From Ancylonema sp. (Eukaryota): a stretch of 60,954 nt of DNA. Shown one piece after another: positions 1-11,513 of the stretch. The translations under genes and the position numbers were made by a program. Under the pieces are notes generated by a model. It saw only the letters and a list, made by a program, of their open reading frames with translations, was not told the origin of the DNA and searched no databases. Each line of letters opens with the position of its first letter. Positions within the stretch are counted from its first letter, which is position 1. The DNA is taken from assembly GCA_050230475.1 (NCBI GenBank), contig JBFLGF010000194.1, forward strand, positions 1 to 60,954, given 5' to 3'.

Positions 1-708
1 TCTTGCCCATATTCATTTTTTTGAGGAAGGCAGAGAAGGATATTGGTGTGAGGGTAGGAGATTAAAATTGTGATGACTTCTTAGATGAGTAGTGTAGGTG
101 AGTGACACTTTTCGCACTTTATTTTTTAAGGGAGCACTATATCAGGTTGAAAGAAGCTCGTGTGTCAGATGGTTTGAGAAGCTTGGGAATCGTTTTTGTT
201 CTAAGGAGGAACGTATCATGTCGTTCTAATCACAGAAGACAGAATTGGACTGAAGTCATCACACAGGATATTCATATTTATCTTTCTTGGGTCCCTCATG
301 AAAAGATGTGGAGTCCATCTATATCTACAATCAGAGTCTTGTTCACCAACATCATAGTCATCTTGTGTGATTGCGTGTGAGCAACGTGAGCGATGTGACC
401 AAGGAGAGGTTCTTCAGATGCAAGTCCACACACTTCGTTGAAAATGACACAGTTTCAATGTGTGACGACCGTAGTGGTGATGTGTTGCATGTGATTCTTA
501 TTTTTCATATGCAAATACAAAATAAACTTTTGAGATGATGTGTGCATAGTGATGACCCTCGAGCATCGCAGAACACGAGTGGAACCTTCTCCTACCTACT
601 ACCTCCACCCAAGCACATAGCATTCTGCTTGACAAATCAGTTTACATGACAGTGGCAATACACATAGAGGCTCCAATCATAACCCCCACGAACGAATACT
701 AAAGTCCC

Positions 709-2161
709 TTAATCGACAACATTATTTCGCCTCTCCTTCCGTTTCTTCTTCTTTGTTGGAGATGTGCTTCTTCTCCTCGACTTTTTCCTTTTCCTCCCCC
801 CACTCTTCTCTTCCTTCCTCTTCTTTTCTTTGTCACCGCTCCGAGACGCACTCTTACACACCTTCACTGCAGCTAACCCCTCATCAAGCCGATCCTCTCC
901 TTGCCTCCTGGCTTTACCACTGCCTCGTGGCATGCCAGGTGGCAATGCTGGTAGCATTGGTCTGGCTGCCCGAGTAGCCGTACCATCCTCCCATTCCTCC
1001 CGTACGCGATCTATAAGCAGGTCAGAGACTGCGTAGGGCCCGGTAGCATCCATACGGGCTCCCACAGCGCCCCTTCCCCTCTTCTGCCTGCAAGCCCCCG
1101 CAACCGAATCACAGCTCACGAAAAATAGTAAGAAAACAATCCGCTTCGCATGAGAACTATCGGCGCTCCCTCTTTCCCGCTTTCCACGCTCTCTCACCTC
1201 TTGTGCAGGAATCCCTCCATGGAGGTATCATCCAGACCGTTTCCCAGCGCCTCTGCAGGTTCACCTCCCCTGTCCTCTTCCCCTCTCTCCCTTGCTTCAT
1301 GTGGCGATTTCTCGCAGGAACCACATTCTCTTGTCATGCCTTCCTCTCTGCTCTCCCCTCCTCCCTCCTCGTTCCGATGACGTCGCCACATGGCCTCCAT
1401 TTGTGCTGTGCGATTGGCTGAACGTGGACAGCAGAAAGCATTAGGCACTCAACCTGCTACTTCCGCCACGTTCACATTTCCTGTACTCTTACATCAGGCC
1501 TCCCAGTGGCCCGTTGATGCAATGCAACACGTGGAGCAGTCAGCGCCAATTTCGCCCCTAGTGTAAAACATATTTTGAAGCCCGCACACAGACCACTGAG
1601 GCTCATACAATCCGAAACAATATAATCACTGAGAGACATTGGTGGTCGCGGCGACTGGAAGGATGATACAAAAGCAGTCAGGGCTGCATGATTTTTCAGC
1701 AATCCAGATACCACCATTCACCAACACCAAGATACAGGTGATGATTACTTGTTCTGAGACGTGATTCTGTTCTTTGATTTGTGATATACTTCTATGTGCA
1801 GCAACACCCTCCAGCGCCGCCATTTGCGCTGATATGTACGAAAAGTGGTACGTTTGAATGGCTCATCAATACAGAAAACAGATTCACAGATTCACAGATT
1901 TACATATTCACAGGCCAAGCAATCGGCATCTCATGCAGGCAGGACGTGCGTGCACGCGTGTAAGGAATGTAATTTCTTTCTGGCGTGCGTTATACCTTGC
2001 TGCACACTGGTCACCGTTGCCTGCAAAAATCTCGAATTGGGGCGATGGCGAACTTGCGGATGCAAGTAGGCGCTCACACCACGCTCCTCTACCTGGCGCT
2101 GCAATTTCGCCACTTCGCCCAGAATAATAGCAGCTAGACGCCGTTCAGTGACCCCGTCCAT
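709..2161 (-). CDS. Conserved uncharacterised plant protein with Lys/Arg-rich C-terminus (3 exons: 2161-1996, 1417-1198, 1087-709)
   Basis: GT-AG introns join three ORF pieces in phase: MDGVTERRLAAIILGEVAKLQRQVEERGVSAYL..RPNSRFLQATVTSVQQ|ANR...GFLHK|RQKRGRGAVGARMDATGPY...KKKKRKERR. These blocks resemble a conserved land-plant hypothetical protein family as I recall it. Confidence 0.75.
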
Positions 2162-2480
2162 GCCTGAACCAGTTACGTGGCGTAGGAAGGAAGCAAAAAG
2201 CAGAATTTATTATTATTGATCGGGCTCTTCACAACATATATGAGCGGCTCCTACAACCTACCAACCTGCATCTTTGTCAGCCATGCTACATGTGTAGATA
2301 AGCCGCTGTACCACTCATTATATTTCCCACACCGACTCTCCACAACATCCCGTTAGATCGGTTCAAATCTCGCAGGAAAACAATAAAATGAAAAGAAAAA
2401 AAATGGAAGGTTGAGTAGAGGTAGGCAACCCTGCAATTTTCTTGTAATTTTCGCACTGCACGCTAAGATACCGTACCAGA

Positions 2481-2816
2481 TACCGTACTGGTACGAACTC
2501 ACCGCGCCTTATAAAACGAATTATTTACACGCGTTTTTTTATTCGCGCCTAGAAATCAATTAAAAACGCCGGTAACCGCGCGACAGGCCGCTTTTTTTTT
2601 AACACGGAAAAACGCCGTGACTCAGCCCTGTTTTTGTTGTGTTGTTGTGAAAACTGAATTAAAACCCTTCCGCGCCTTCTGCCGCGCCAGAAATTTAATT
2701 ATTAAATCTATCGTGTTTTGCCTAATGCGCCAACAGAATAATAAAAGAGCTAACCGCGGGGTCAACCGCGCTGTTTTTGAATTATTTAGGCGCGGTGAGT
2801 TCCCGCCAGTACGGCA
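2481..2816. mobile_element. MITE with ~30-bp imperfect TIRs (TA-CCGTA terminus, Tc1/mariner-pogo-like)
   Basis: Left taccgtactggtacgaactcaccgcgcctt (2481-2510) versus reverse complement of 2787-2816, tgccgtactggcgggaactcaccgcgccta. No credible ORF. Confidence 0.7.
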
Positions 2817-3187
2817 CGAATGTACATGTACGAATTGTACGAATCCGAGTCCGAATGTACGAATCCCCGTCACCACATCATATTCGTCTGCACGCGGAAA
2901 TGCGTATTATTCCCTTGCACGTTAATATGCACGTTAATATGCACTAAATATTCCGATATACGGAAATCTATGTGCGAAAATTCTCGGTTCCAGCGCGTCA
3001 TCTTTGTGGTGTAGCCGCATTATCTCCAAGTACGCCAACCCTGAATTGCATCACGCACCAATGCCAATTGCATCACGGAGTTACGTCTTTACTACCTAAC
3101 GTTTCACTGCGTCAGAAATCGCAACAGAGTCCGTTCCTGTGATAGACGCTACATGCAACAGCTGTCTACAAGCATACGAGAACCGCC

Positions 3188-4832
3188 ATGGAGCCTACGT
3201 GCGGGGTTCTCTCAGGTCCCTGTCAGCTTCGCAACGCCTTCTGTCTTTCCAAACGCATGCTTCTTCCTTCCAGCATACTTCTCTCGCAGCAGATCATATT
3301 TCACAAGAAAACTACACAGTCTGACTCGAGATTGACGAGCCAGTCGCTTTCATTCTGCCCACACGTCCGAAGAGTGTCATTCCCACGAAACGCACGTTTT
3401 CGATCACAGGCTTCCCCCGTGGATTTGGTGCAGCTAGTCACCAAACCTTTTCAGGTCTCTCCTCACAGGCTTCCCCCGTGGATTTGGTGCAGCTAGTCAC
3501 CAAACCTTTTCAGGTCTCTCCTCACAGGCTTCCCCCGTGGATTTGGTGCAGCTAGTCACCAAACCTTTTCAGGTCTCTCCTCCAACGTGGGGATCATCTG
3601 TTCAAACAATGCTGGCTGTTTTTATCGTGGGTTCGCCGTTGCTTTTGGCTGGCTTGACCGGTCCCGCTGTGGGAGCTGCATTCCTACTTGGGGCAGTCAC
3701 CTGGCGGGCGTTTGGCGCCGACGGGCTGGCAGTCGTTATTGTCTACTACCTACTGGCAAGTGCGACTGCCACTCTTACGTGTGGTAGCTGGATTCCCATT
3801 GTCAGAGTCCTAGTTTTTTAATGTTCCAGTTCTTGTGTCAGAGTGTTTATTGGCGACACTGATGAACTATCTGCATCTATGATGCCTTCGTAAACTTCGG
3901 GTACAGAACCGATTCTACAATGTGCACGAGTCACCGCGGATGAGTGCTGGCTTCACCTTTCGTGTGATATGAATGACCCATGTACCGCTCGACATGGGCG
4001 TAGGTCTCTTATCCCCTGCATGAGAAATTCGGTGTCTCCGTGAGGGGCAGCCCTGACCTCGGGTTGTGACATGGACATCGTCGCAGGGTTCCGCAGTGAC
4101 CAAGGTCCGCCTGAAGCAGAAAGAAGCGGAAGGGATTGCAGAGAAGCGGAGTGGCCGTCGCGGTCCCGGCAGCGTTTGGGGTTCAGGTGCAGCGGGTCTG
4201 GCATGTGCGCTGCTCGCGAGTTTAGAGGACAGCAAACTGCCTCTGGCACTGCTGCGACTCGGTTTCGTGGCCAGCTTCTGCACCAAGCTCTCTGACACGT
4301 CAGCTTCAGAGATCGGCAAAGCTTTCGGACGAACTACGTAGGTGGGCACTGGCGATGGGGGCTTGGGGGCTGCAGGGCTGCAGGGCTGCAGGGCTGCAGG
4401 GCTACAGGTTGTGTTTACACTGTCTCTCACACTTGACTGTCCAGATATTTAGCCACCACCTTTTCGGCGGTCCCCCGCGGCACAGAGGGTGCCGTGAGTG
4501 CGGAGGGCACGCTGGCAGGCCTCTGTGCAGCAACCCTCCTGGCTGCTTTGGCTTTTGGCATTCAGCTGGTGGACAGAAGAGGTGCGCTGCTGTGTGTGGT
4601 GGCGAGCCAGGTGGCGAACTATGGGGAGAGTCTGCTGGGGGCCACTCTGCAGGACCGCCCCGGATTTGAGTGGGTGAGGCGCTGCGGAACTGCGGAACTG
4701 CGGAACTGCGGAACTGACTCGTACTCATTCGCGGGTTTTGAGTCTTTGTTGCAGCTCAATAACGATCTCGTGAATGTGCTCAACATCACTCTGGGCGCTG
4801 TGCTGGCCATGGCTCTTGCGGTCGTCACATAA
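3188..4832 (+). CDS. VTE6: DUF92/TMEM19-family chloroplast membrane protein, phytyl-phosphate kinase VTE6-like; frame disrupted by a tandem repeat unless an extra intron is spliced
   Basis: Transit-peptide-like N-terminus. Exons end at 3755 (GC donor), then 4087-4337, 4445-4673 and about 4755-4832, giving GSAVTKVRLKQKEAEGIAEKRSGRRGPGSVWGS, FCTKLSDTSASEIGKAFGRTTYL, VPRGTEGAVSAEGT and LNNDLVNVLNI. Confidence 0.88.
3404..3580 (+). repeat. Three exact tandem copies of a 59-bp unit inside VTE6 exon 1
   Basis: Unit tcacaggcttcccccgtggatttggtgcagctagtcaccaaaccttttcaggtctctcc starts at 3404, 3463 and 3522. Confidence 0.97.
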
Positions 4833-5267
4833 CACGAACTTGGGCAGGCTGCATCCGCGGGATTGAGGTGTGCCTCTCTCATACACGTCTCTGTCTCCTC
4901 GGCAGATGAAAAGAGTGGGCCTGTGCACCAGAGCTACCTCAGGGTGTGCTCCGTTGCAGGCCCTTGCACATACTTTGTACATTTCGGATCCAAGTGTTTA
5001 GCGTCATTGTGTCCCACACGTGTCATCATCAAACGTGCAAGTTAAACAGCACCCACTGCTACTAATTTGCAGAATGTGACGCAGAATGAATTTCGATTGT
5101 TCCTAAACATTCCGCTTTTTATCCCTCTTCGTCTTTTGAAAGTTTGGTGGAACGAAGGGAGCGATAGCATGTCACATTAGAAACTGCCCCACTATGTTTG
5201 TGCACAAAAAGCACGAATCTTTGCAAAAGGCTGGCATTTTATATGGCGATAAGTTATCCCACGGGAC

Positions 5268-6404
5268 TTAAGGGGCATTGTCCAAACCGCACGAGGCCTC
5301 AAGATTAAGAAGTTGCAAAAGGTCAAAAGTGTCACTTGTACATATAGATAACACCCCCATTAGCGGTGAACAACGGCAAAACATCTTCCATTTTTTTCTC
5401 TATGTAACCTCGTCTGCCAATATGTCGTTCGAGTGGGTGGAGATGAGTACATGAAGCGTTTGTTTGAAGGTCTCCAGCTTAGTGTTGTGCTTCCTTTAAC
5501 AAATGACTTGTGGTTGGTTATATGGATATCGAATGACGGTCTTACAATGAGACCATCACTCATTGCCGTTAACAAATAAAAATCCTTAGTTGAGCCTTAT
5601 AATTCACCTCCACATGTGGAGGCTTCTCTTAACGTATTGCCCTTCTAGTAAAGGCAAACATTCTGTTAGTAGTTGACGAATTTCGTCATACACATATGTC
5701 GTTTTGGTTCGAACATTTGGCAAGAGTGCACTTGAAGTATTTATTCAGAAGGTTGATTGTACGGTCTATTATATACGTGTAAATTTCGGTGGATATCTTG
5801 ACCATTTGAGCAGCAGTACTAAGGGCGCATGCCACTGTGTGTCAGAGCATTTGTGTTTGACACATGGGACACGTGGCATTTTTGTATGGAGTAGATCGAG
5901 TGTGATATGCATCAAAGGTAGAGAATTGGCAAGACCATAAGTGCTAAAAAATACATTTCAGAATCTTGGATCTGATTTATCAAAGTTTGCAATTATGTGT
6001 CTTTGACTGTATGAGATGAGAAAGTGCAATGTTTGGGCAATTTTTTTGATACGCAGAATACATTGTGTTGTCGGTTAGGACTCCGTTCTCTTGATGAACG
6101 CCACAACCCTCTGCAAAGCCTTGGCCATGACGGAAATATTAATTTGATATCCACAATACAACTCACACTCTTGCAAGGCTTTCTTAAAACGAAGGCAGAT
6201 AACTTTGAAGAATCGCTTCACATACTCTTCTTCCACCCACTTGAATGACAAACTGACAAACAAGGTTGCCTAAATAAAAAGTTCAAATATGTATCGCTGT
6301 TGTTCACTGTTAACAAGGGTGTCACCTACATGAAAAGGTGACAATTTCGACTTTCTCCAACTAGTTAATTTCAAGGCCTCGTGCGGTTTGAATAATGCTC
6401 CTTA
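5268..6404. mobile_element. Decayed non-autonomous DNA transposon with long (~115 bp) imperfect TIRs
   Basis: 5269-5385 (taaggggcattgtccaaaccgcacgaggcctcaagattaag...gtgaacaacggc) aligns with the reverse complement of about 6285-6404 (taaggagcattattcaaaccgcacgaggccttgaaattaac...gtgaacaacagc). Flanks are TTAA and TTAG. Confidence 0.75.
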
Positions 6405-7699
6405 GAATCCTTGTGCCTGTATATTATTTTTTGTGTTATGGGTTCCTTTGCTACGCTTTTGAGCGTTTTAGCATACACTTGTTTCTTGTTCGAGACGCTC
6501 TTCTTTTGTCACCTTTGATTATTTTGCATGTTCGCTTCTCTTGTTATCAGTATTCAAAATCCGTGAGTCGGATTTGGGGTGTGCTCGGTGGGCATTTAAT
6601 GTGGTAAATGTGATATGTGGTGTGTGTATTACTGTGGTATATAGGCTAATGTAGTCAATGTGCTTACCTCGCGATCCTCAATATTGAACGATACTCTTTA
6701 CCAAGTTACAACGAAATGCATCGATATGACTTCACATGAAGACATAAAAATACATGTTGATGTTAAAAAATGGGAGACCGCGCGATATTGGCGAGCGCTT
6801 CTGTCATGATGAACGTTTGCCTCCACGTCTACACATCAAAATTGTGCGAAACGTAATGAAACGCAATGCGACATAAATGAAACGCGACAAACACGCGGAT
6901 TCATTCATATAGATGAATGAAATGTGACTCAATTTTCGTCAAATTTATGCGACAAAAGGAAGCAATATGCAATATGTCAATATGTCAATATGTCAATATG
7001 CACATTCAGAGGTCCTCTACTGACACTTCTCCTCTTCTACATCAAACCTCTCCTTGAGTGACTGCAAATTGGCGAAGAGCAATCGATGAATCAATCCCAA
7101 TAAAAAAAAACTAATATTATTTTACATGTTATTTTAGTGGTCCGAGGTGGTGGTACAGCTGCCTCCATAGAATAGCGTCCCGAGAGGCCGCCACCTGGAT
7201 TGACATGAGCGAAGAGAGTGTCCTCTATGAGTATACAAAAACTCTGATTTAAGAGTTTTTGTATAATATTCATTCTGTTTCATCGCAAGGGTGGTGTCGT
7301 CCTTTCCCGTATTAACCAAACATGATCGTGATTTCCAGTATGCCAAAAAAAGTACAATCGGATCTGTGCTGTTCTTTTTGGGGTGTAAGGTGCCACTTGC
7401 GCTGCCTCACTTTTGCCCGCGCGGAAACGAGCTCTTCCAAAGATGCGCCAGGGAGCGGCAAATCTCTTCCGCTCTGCGCTTGTTGGTGTATCCGCAGGAA
7501 CAAGGAAGCTTCCTCTGCCTGCCACACCCCCCGTCTGGTTTCAGCATTGCAGAAGTGCAGTATGCTCATGTCAGTACGTCGTGTACGTTGTGCTGATGTC
7601 ACCACTCGAAAGAAGCATTCAATGCAATGGCTGGGCGGCGGGAAGGGGAGTCTAGAAGCAACCACTTTCTGCAAGTATCGAATTGCATACGGCCATCAT

Positions 7700-7912
7700 A
7701 GATATGCATGTATGCAAGCATGTATGTTTGTATGTATCGAGGCATATTTGTATGTATGTATCTTTATATGTGTATATGTACCCGTTTGTAGGTGTGTTTG
7801 TATGTATGATTGTTGTATATTGTGTGTGTGTACATACGTATATAAGTACAGACTTATGTATAATGGTTTGTATGTATCTGTCCATCCACGTACATATCCA
7901 TGTACGCGTGTG
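7700..7912. repeat. Degenerate (TATG/TGTA)n low-complexity tract
   Basis: Runs such as tgtatgtttgtatgtatc, tgtatgtatgta and tgtgtgtgtg. Confidence 0.8.
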
Positions 7913-10309
7913 CACAAGAAATGATCGACTGGATGCCACCTGTCCAACCTGCTCACTGCCACACTGAACTGCTGACTCAGCGCTCACCTTTGCAGCCTGC
8001 CAGCCCTCAGTGGCCCTCCATGTCCGCCCATCCACGCGCTGACACCTCACCCCTGCGTCGGCATGCAGCCGCACCTGCCCCGCACGCACCGCTGGCGTGA
8101 GCAGGCACACAGGCGGGAGGAAAGTTCCGGGAGGTTGCTCACCATCTTGGTCAGCAATGACGACGTCAGCGGTCGGTCAGCAGTGCAGACGACGGTGACG
8201 GCCTCTCCGTGGGCGCCCAGACTGCCAACTGTAGCGTGCCAGCTGTCCACCGATTCTCGCAGAGAGAACTGCTGGTGTGGCTGCTGACGTGGCGGATCGT
8301 TGCCCTCTTGCTTCCGCAGCAGTTCCGCCACCTCAGCCACTCTGCCACCTCAACCAGAGCGGTGCTGACGTCAGCATCAGGTGTGGCGCATGCAGCGCAG
8401 GTAGGTAGGCAATCACTTGTGTAGGTCTGAGTGCTCCTTCCCCCAGCTGCCACCTGGCAGTGGAGGTGCTGAGGTGGCAGCCTGGAGGAGCAGACACACG
8501 TGTGGGAGGACCAGCTTTAGCCACGGCAGGCGAATGCAGTCGGGACACCTGGCAGAGTTGACTGGAGTCAGAAGTCAATGTTGCGTCCGTTGACCATATC
8601 GTGGACTCCTGGGAACCGACCGCTCTCCGGTCCTGACTGGCTATAAAGGCTTTTGTTATACAGAGGTCCCGAACCTTCTGGGAGCAGAGCCTCCAAGCAG
8701 CTTGCAGCGAGAGCAGGTCTCGGAGGAACTCCCGACCTGAGACCTTCTGATGTGGCGAGGGAGGAGGTGGAAGGTACAGCCGTCACCAAAGCTGAGGAGG
8801 AGGGAGGGAAGGCAGAGGGCATCTTTCCTGCGAGCAGGAAGGGTCGACTACGGTTGTAGTTGACTATGGTTGACCAGTTTGACTTGTGTTAGAACTCAAC
8901 CTTCGGATCGTCAATGAATCTTTGGCATCTAGGAACCCGTTCATCCATCCATTCACCGTCCATCCACTGCTTTACTTCGAGCTATCCATTCCTGCCTCGC
9001 TACAACGAAAGCAGAACTGAAGGCATGACTGGGATTGATGATTCGGCGAAGGTTGGTTCCAAGCATGTTGGAGACGCACCTATCAGACACTTGTTGACAT
9101 GACATGGCCTCATCCTGAGCCCTTCGCAGCAACCCGACCTTCACAGCCTGTCACGTCACCGGATGACATGTAGGTTGGTTGGTTGGTTGGAAACTCAATC
9201 CGTACACTTTCTGTTCGCAGTGTTGTACAGCTACGAAGGTACCGATATTCAGCAGGTTTGTTAGGTGGCAGCTTCTTTCGGGTAGAGGTTTACGACACTG
9301 AAATATTTACTCACCAGCAGGGAATGAGCATCCGAATCAATGAAGCGCAACGTTGATGCTGAGGAAGGTATGGGTGTGAGTTCGGCGGGAGTGTCTAAAG
9401 TTGCGCCATACTGCTGGCGCAAGTCCAAATGAAAGGACGCCTTCCCCGAGAACAGCCATTGCAGGTCTAGAAGAGAAGGAAGAGAGGAATGTGACTCATC
9501 CCCGTTCTCGTTCCATGGCCGCAGCCACGACTGGGAATGTAACCATTCTTGAGCTTCCATATCACTGTGTAAATTATTCAATCGTCCCTATCTCATCTTT
9601 TTATGAAGAGAAAGACCACGATTACGAGGAAACATTAACGGGAAGGCTGTAGGTGTGCGCGTGCAGTTCTTCCCGCTGTCAGATTTGAAATAGGTTGTCG
9701 TATCAATGCAACAGTGAGATTCATTTTAGTCACCAGAGAATCTACACGCATCAGAGCACTTTCTAAGCCTGGTCTGCCAGTTACGACATGCATTTCGTCG
9801 ATAATTGTTCCAAAACTATGAGACTTTGTGACGTGACGGCCACCTGACATGGCATGGCGACGTGCTCTGTAAATTAAAATTTTGTCCCGGTCTCTTGTGC
9901 GGATTGATTCGACTCTGACATATTCGACTCTGACAAATGTCAGGGTTGACCACTCTAAAGTTTTGAGTAAAATTGACAGGTGCAATTACAAGTGCTACGG
10001 AGAAACGTATGAGTTGATCCCCCTGTCTTTGGCGCCAAAAATCAATCTCTGACGGCGTCAGGCTGACGCATCATGGCCATGTTGGCCTCACGTCACTAGG
10101 CTCCAGCCGCGGGGGCGGTCAGTCTCCAACTGGAGACTGGTCACCATGCTAACCGGAATCAGTACACACCAATATTGGCTCCGAAATTTCCCGAGAAAGT
10201 CTTGAATTGTATCTGGAGTCAAGTTCTGTCGTCGATGCTTCTGAATCGTGATATAGGTGTTCGATATACGCGACCTCGGCAAGTGCCTCTTATTGAAAGA
10301 AGAAGTGTA

Positions 10310-10647
10310 TACCGTAGAGGCGCTTGATTAATGCGCGTAAATAATAAAAAAGTTGGGGTATTGGGCTTTTAATTACCTTTGGCCGCGTATTAGGGAGTTT
10401 TCCACCGCCGCGTATTAGACCATTTTTATTACTTTTCTACGCGTATTGGGGTAATTTACCAAGTTTACACGTGCGAAACCGAAAAAAACCGTGAAAAAAA
10501 CCCCCCAAAAAAACCCAAAAAGTGCCACGTGGCGTATTGGAGCAACGTATTGGAGGTTTATTAATTATTTTTTTGGCGTATTGGGTCCGCGTATTGGGTT
10601 TATTAATTGTTTTTTGGGTCGCGCATTAATCAAGCGCCTCTACGGTA
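10310..10647. mobile_element. MITE with perfect TIRs and TA target duplication (Tc1/mariner-pogo-like)
   Basis: ataccgtagaggcgcttgattaatgcgcg (10309-10337) is the exact reverse complement of 10620-10648. Internal repeated cgtattg motif. Confidence 0.9.
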
Positions 10648-10957
10648 TTATAGAAAACGACGGGAACCCCATCTCATTACAAAATCGTGCCTGTGTAGAA
10701 ACTACATAACCTTAAAAACGACAAATATGCGAGCCAATCGTTCTAGCCAAAGCTAGCACATTATAATCTAACTTGTCGAAGTTACACCCGGACGAAGACA
10801 TCTTCCACTCGCCATTGCATACGCCTCCATCCGCATATCCGGTTACTTCGTAACATTGGTTTGTCATTGTTACCGGCCGTGTGCCTTCGCCGAGCATTGT
10901 ATCGAAATAGCACTTGTTCGACTCATTGGCATACTCGCCTTGAAATCCTTAGAAATA

Positions 10958-11080
10958 GAAAATCAAGCATTGGTAGATCGGTTTAGCATTTGGGGGGGGA
11001 GCATGACCAAGAGACATAATGAATACATATTCAGGGCATTTAAGAAAAAATAGGGCACTATTAATAGCAAGCGGGTTGCG
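10958..11080. repeat. Short dispersed repeat with an inverted copy at about 21296-21435
   Basis: ttggtagatcggtttagcatttggggggg...accaagagac...gggcactattaatagcaa matches the reverse complement of ttgctcttaatagcgccc...gtctcttggt...ccaaatgttaaaccgatctaccaa. Confidence 0.7.
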
Positions 11081-11513
11081 CCGGGTGTTGTGCCACACGA
11101 CTAGATATTGTACCACACACAACTCGTGAGGCAAGGTTTGTAACCGAAGATTTGGAATGGTTTAGATATGTCAAAATACCTTTATTGCTTTGTGCAACGG
11201 GTGCCATATTCCGCAAATGGCATTGCATGCCTGCCAATTCCTATCAAACACATATACACATACAATAAGGCAGCGTCAAGCTAGGCTGTCACCCAAATTG
11301 TAAGGGGGAGGCTTGTATGTACTCTCTAAATGTCAAGGCTACTCCATGACCCAAAAAAACAACAAATAGCAGAACATGTCTACGTGTACATGAGCCGCTA
11401 AATTTACACGTTCAGGACGGAAGTGGCATCTGCACCTACAATAGCGACCTGGGCTGCCAGTATTTGTGTGCTTGCTACCCTTTGTGAGGACTGTACACCC
11501 CGATTTGAGACTA

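Noticed and set aside
1..560. 92-aa ORF or element fragment at the window start
   Set aside because: No recognisable motif and truncated by the window edge.
3404..3580. CRISPR-like array
   Set aside because: Units are contiguous with no spacers, lie within a eukaryotic exon, and there are no cas genes.
7900..10290. GC-rich broken ORFs, possibly a decayed element
   Set aside because: No motif or termini I can recognise; needs BLASTx.
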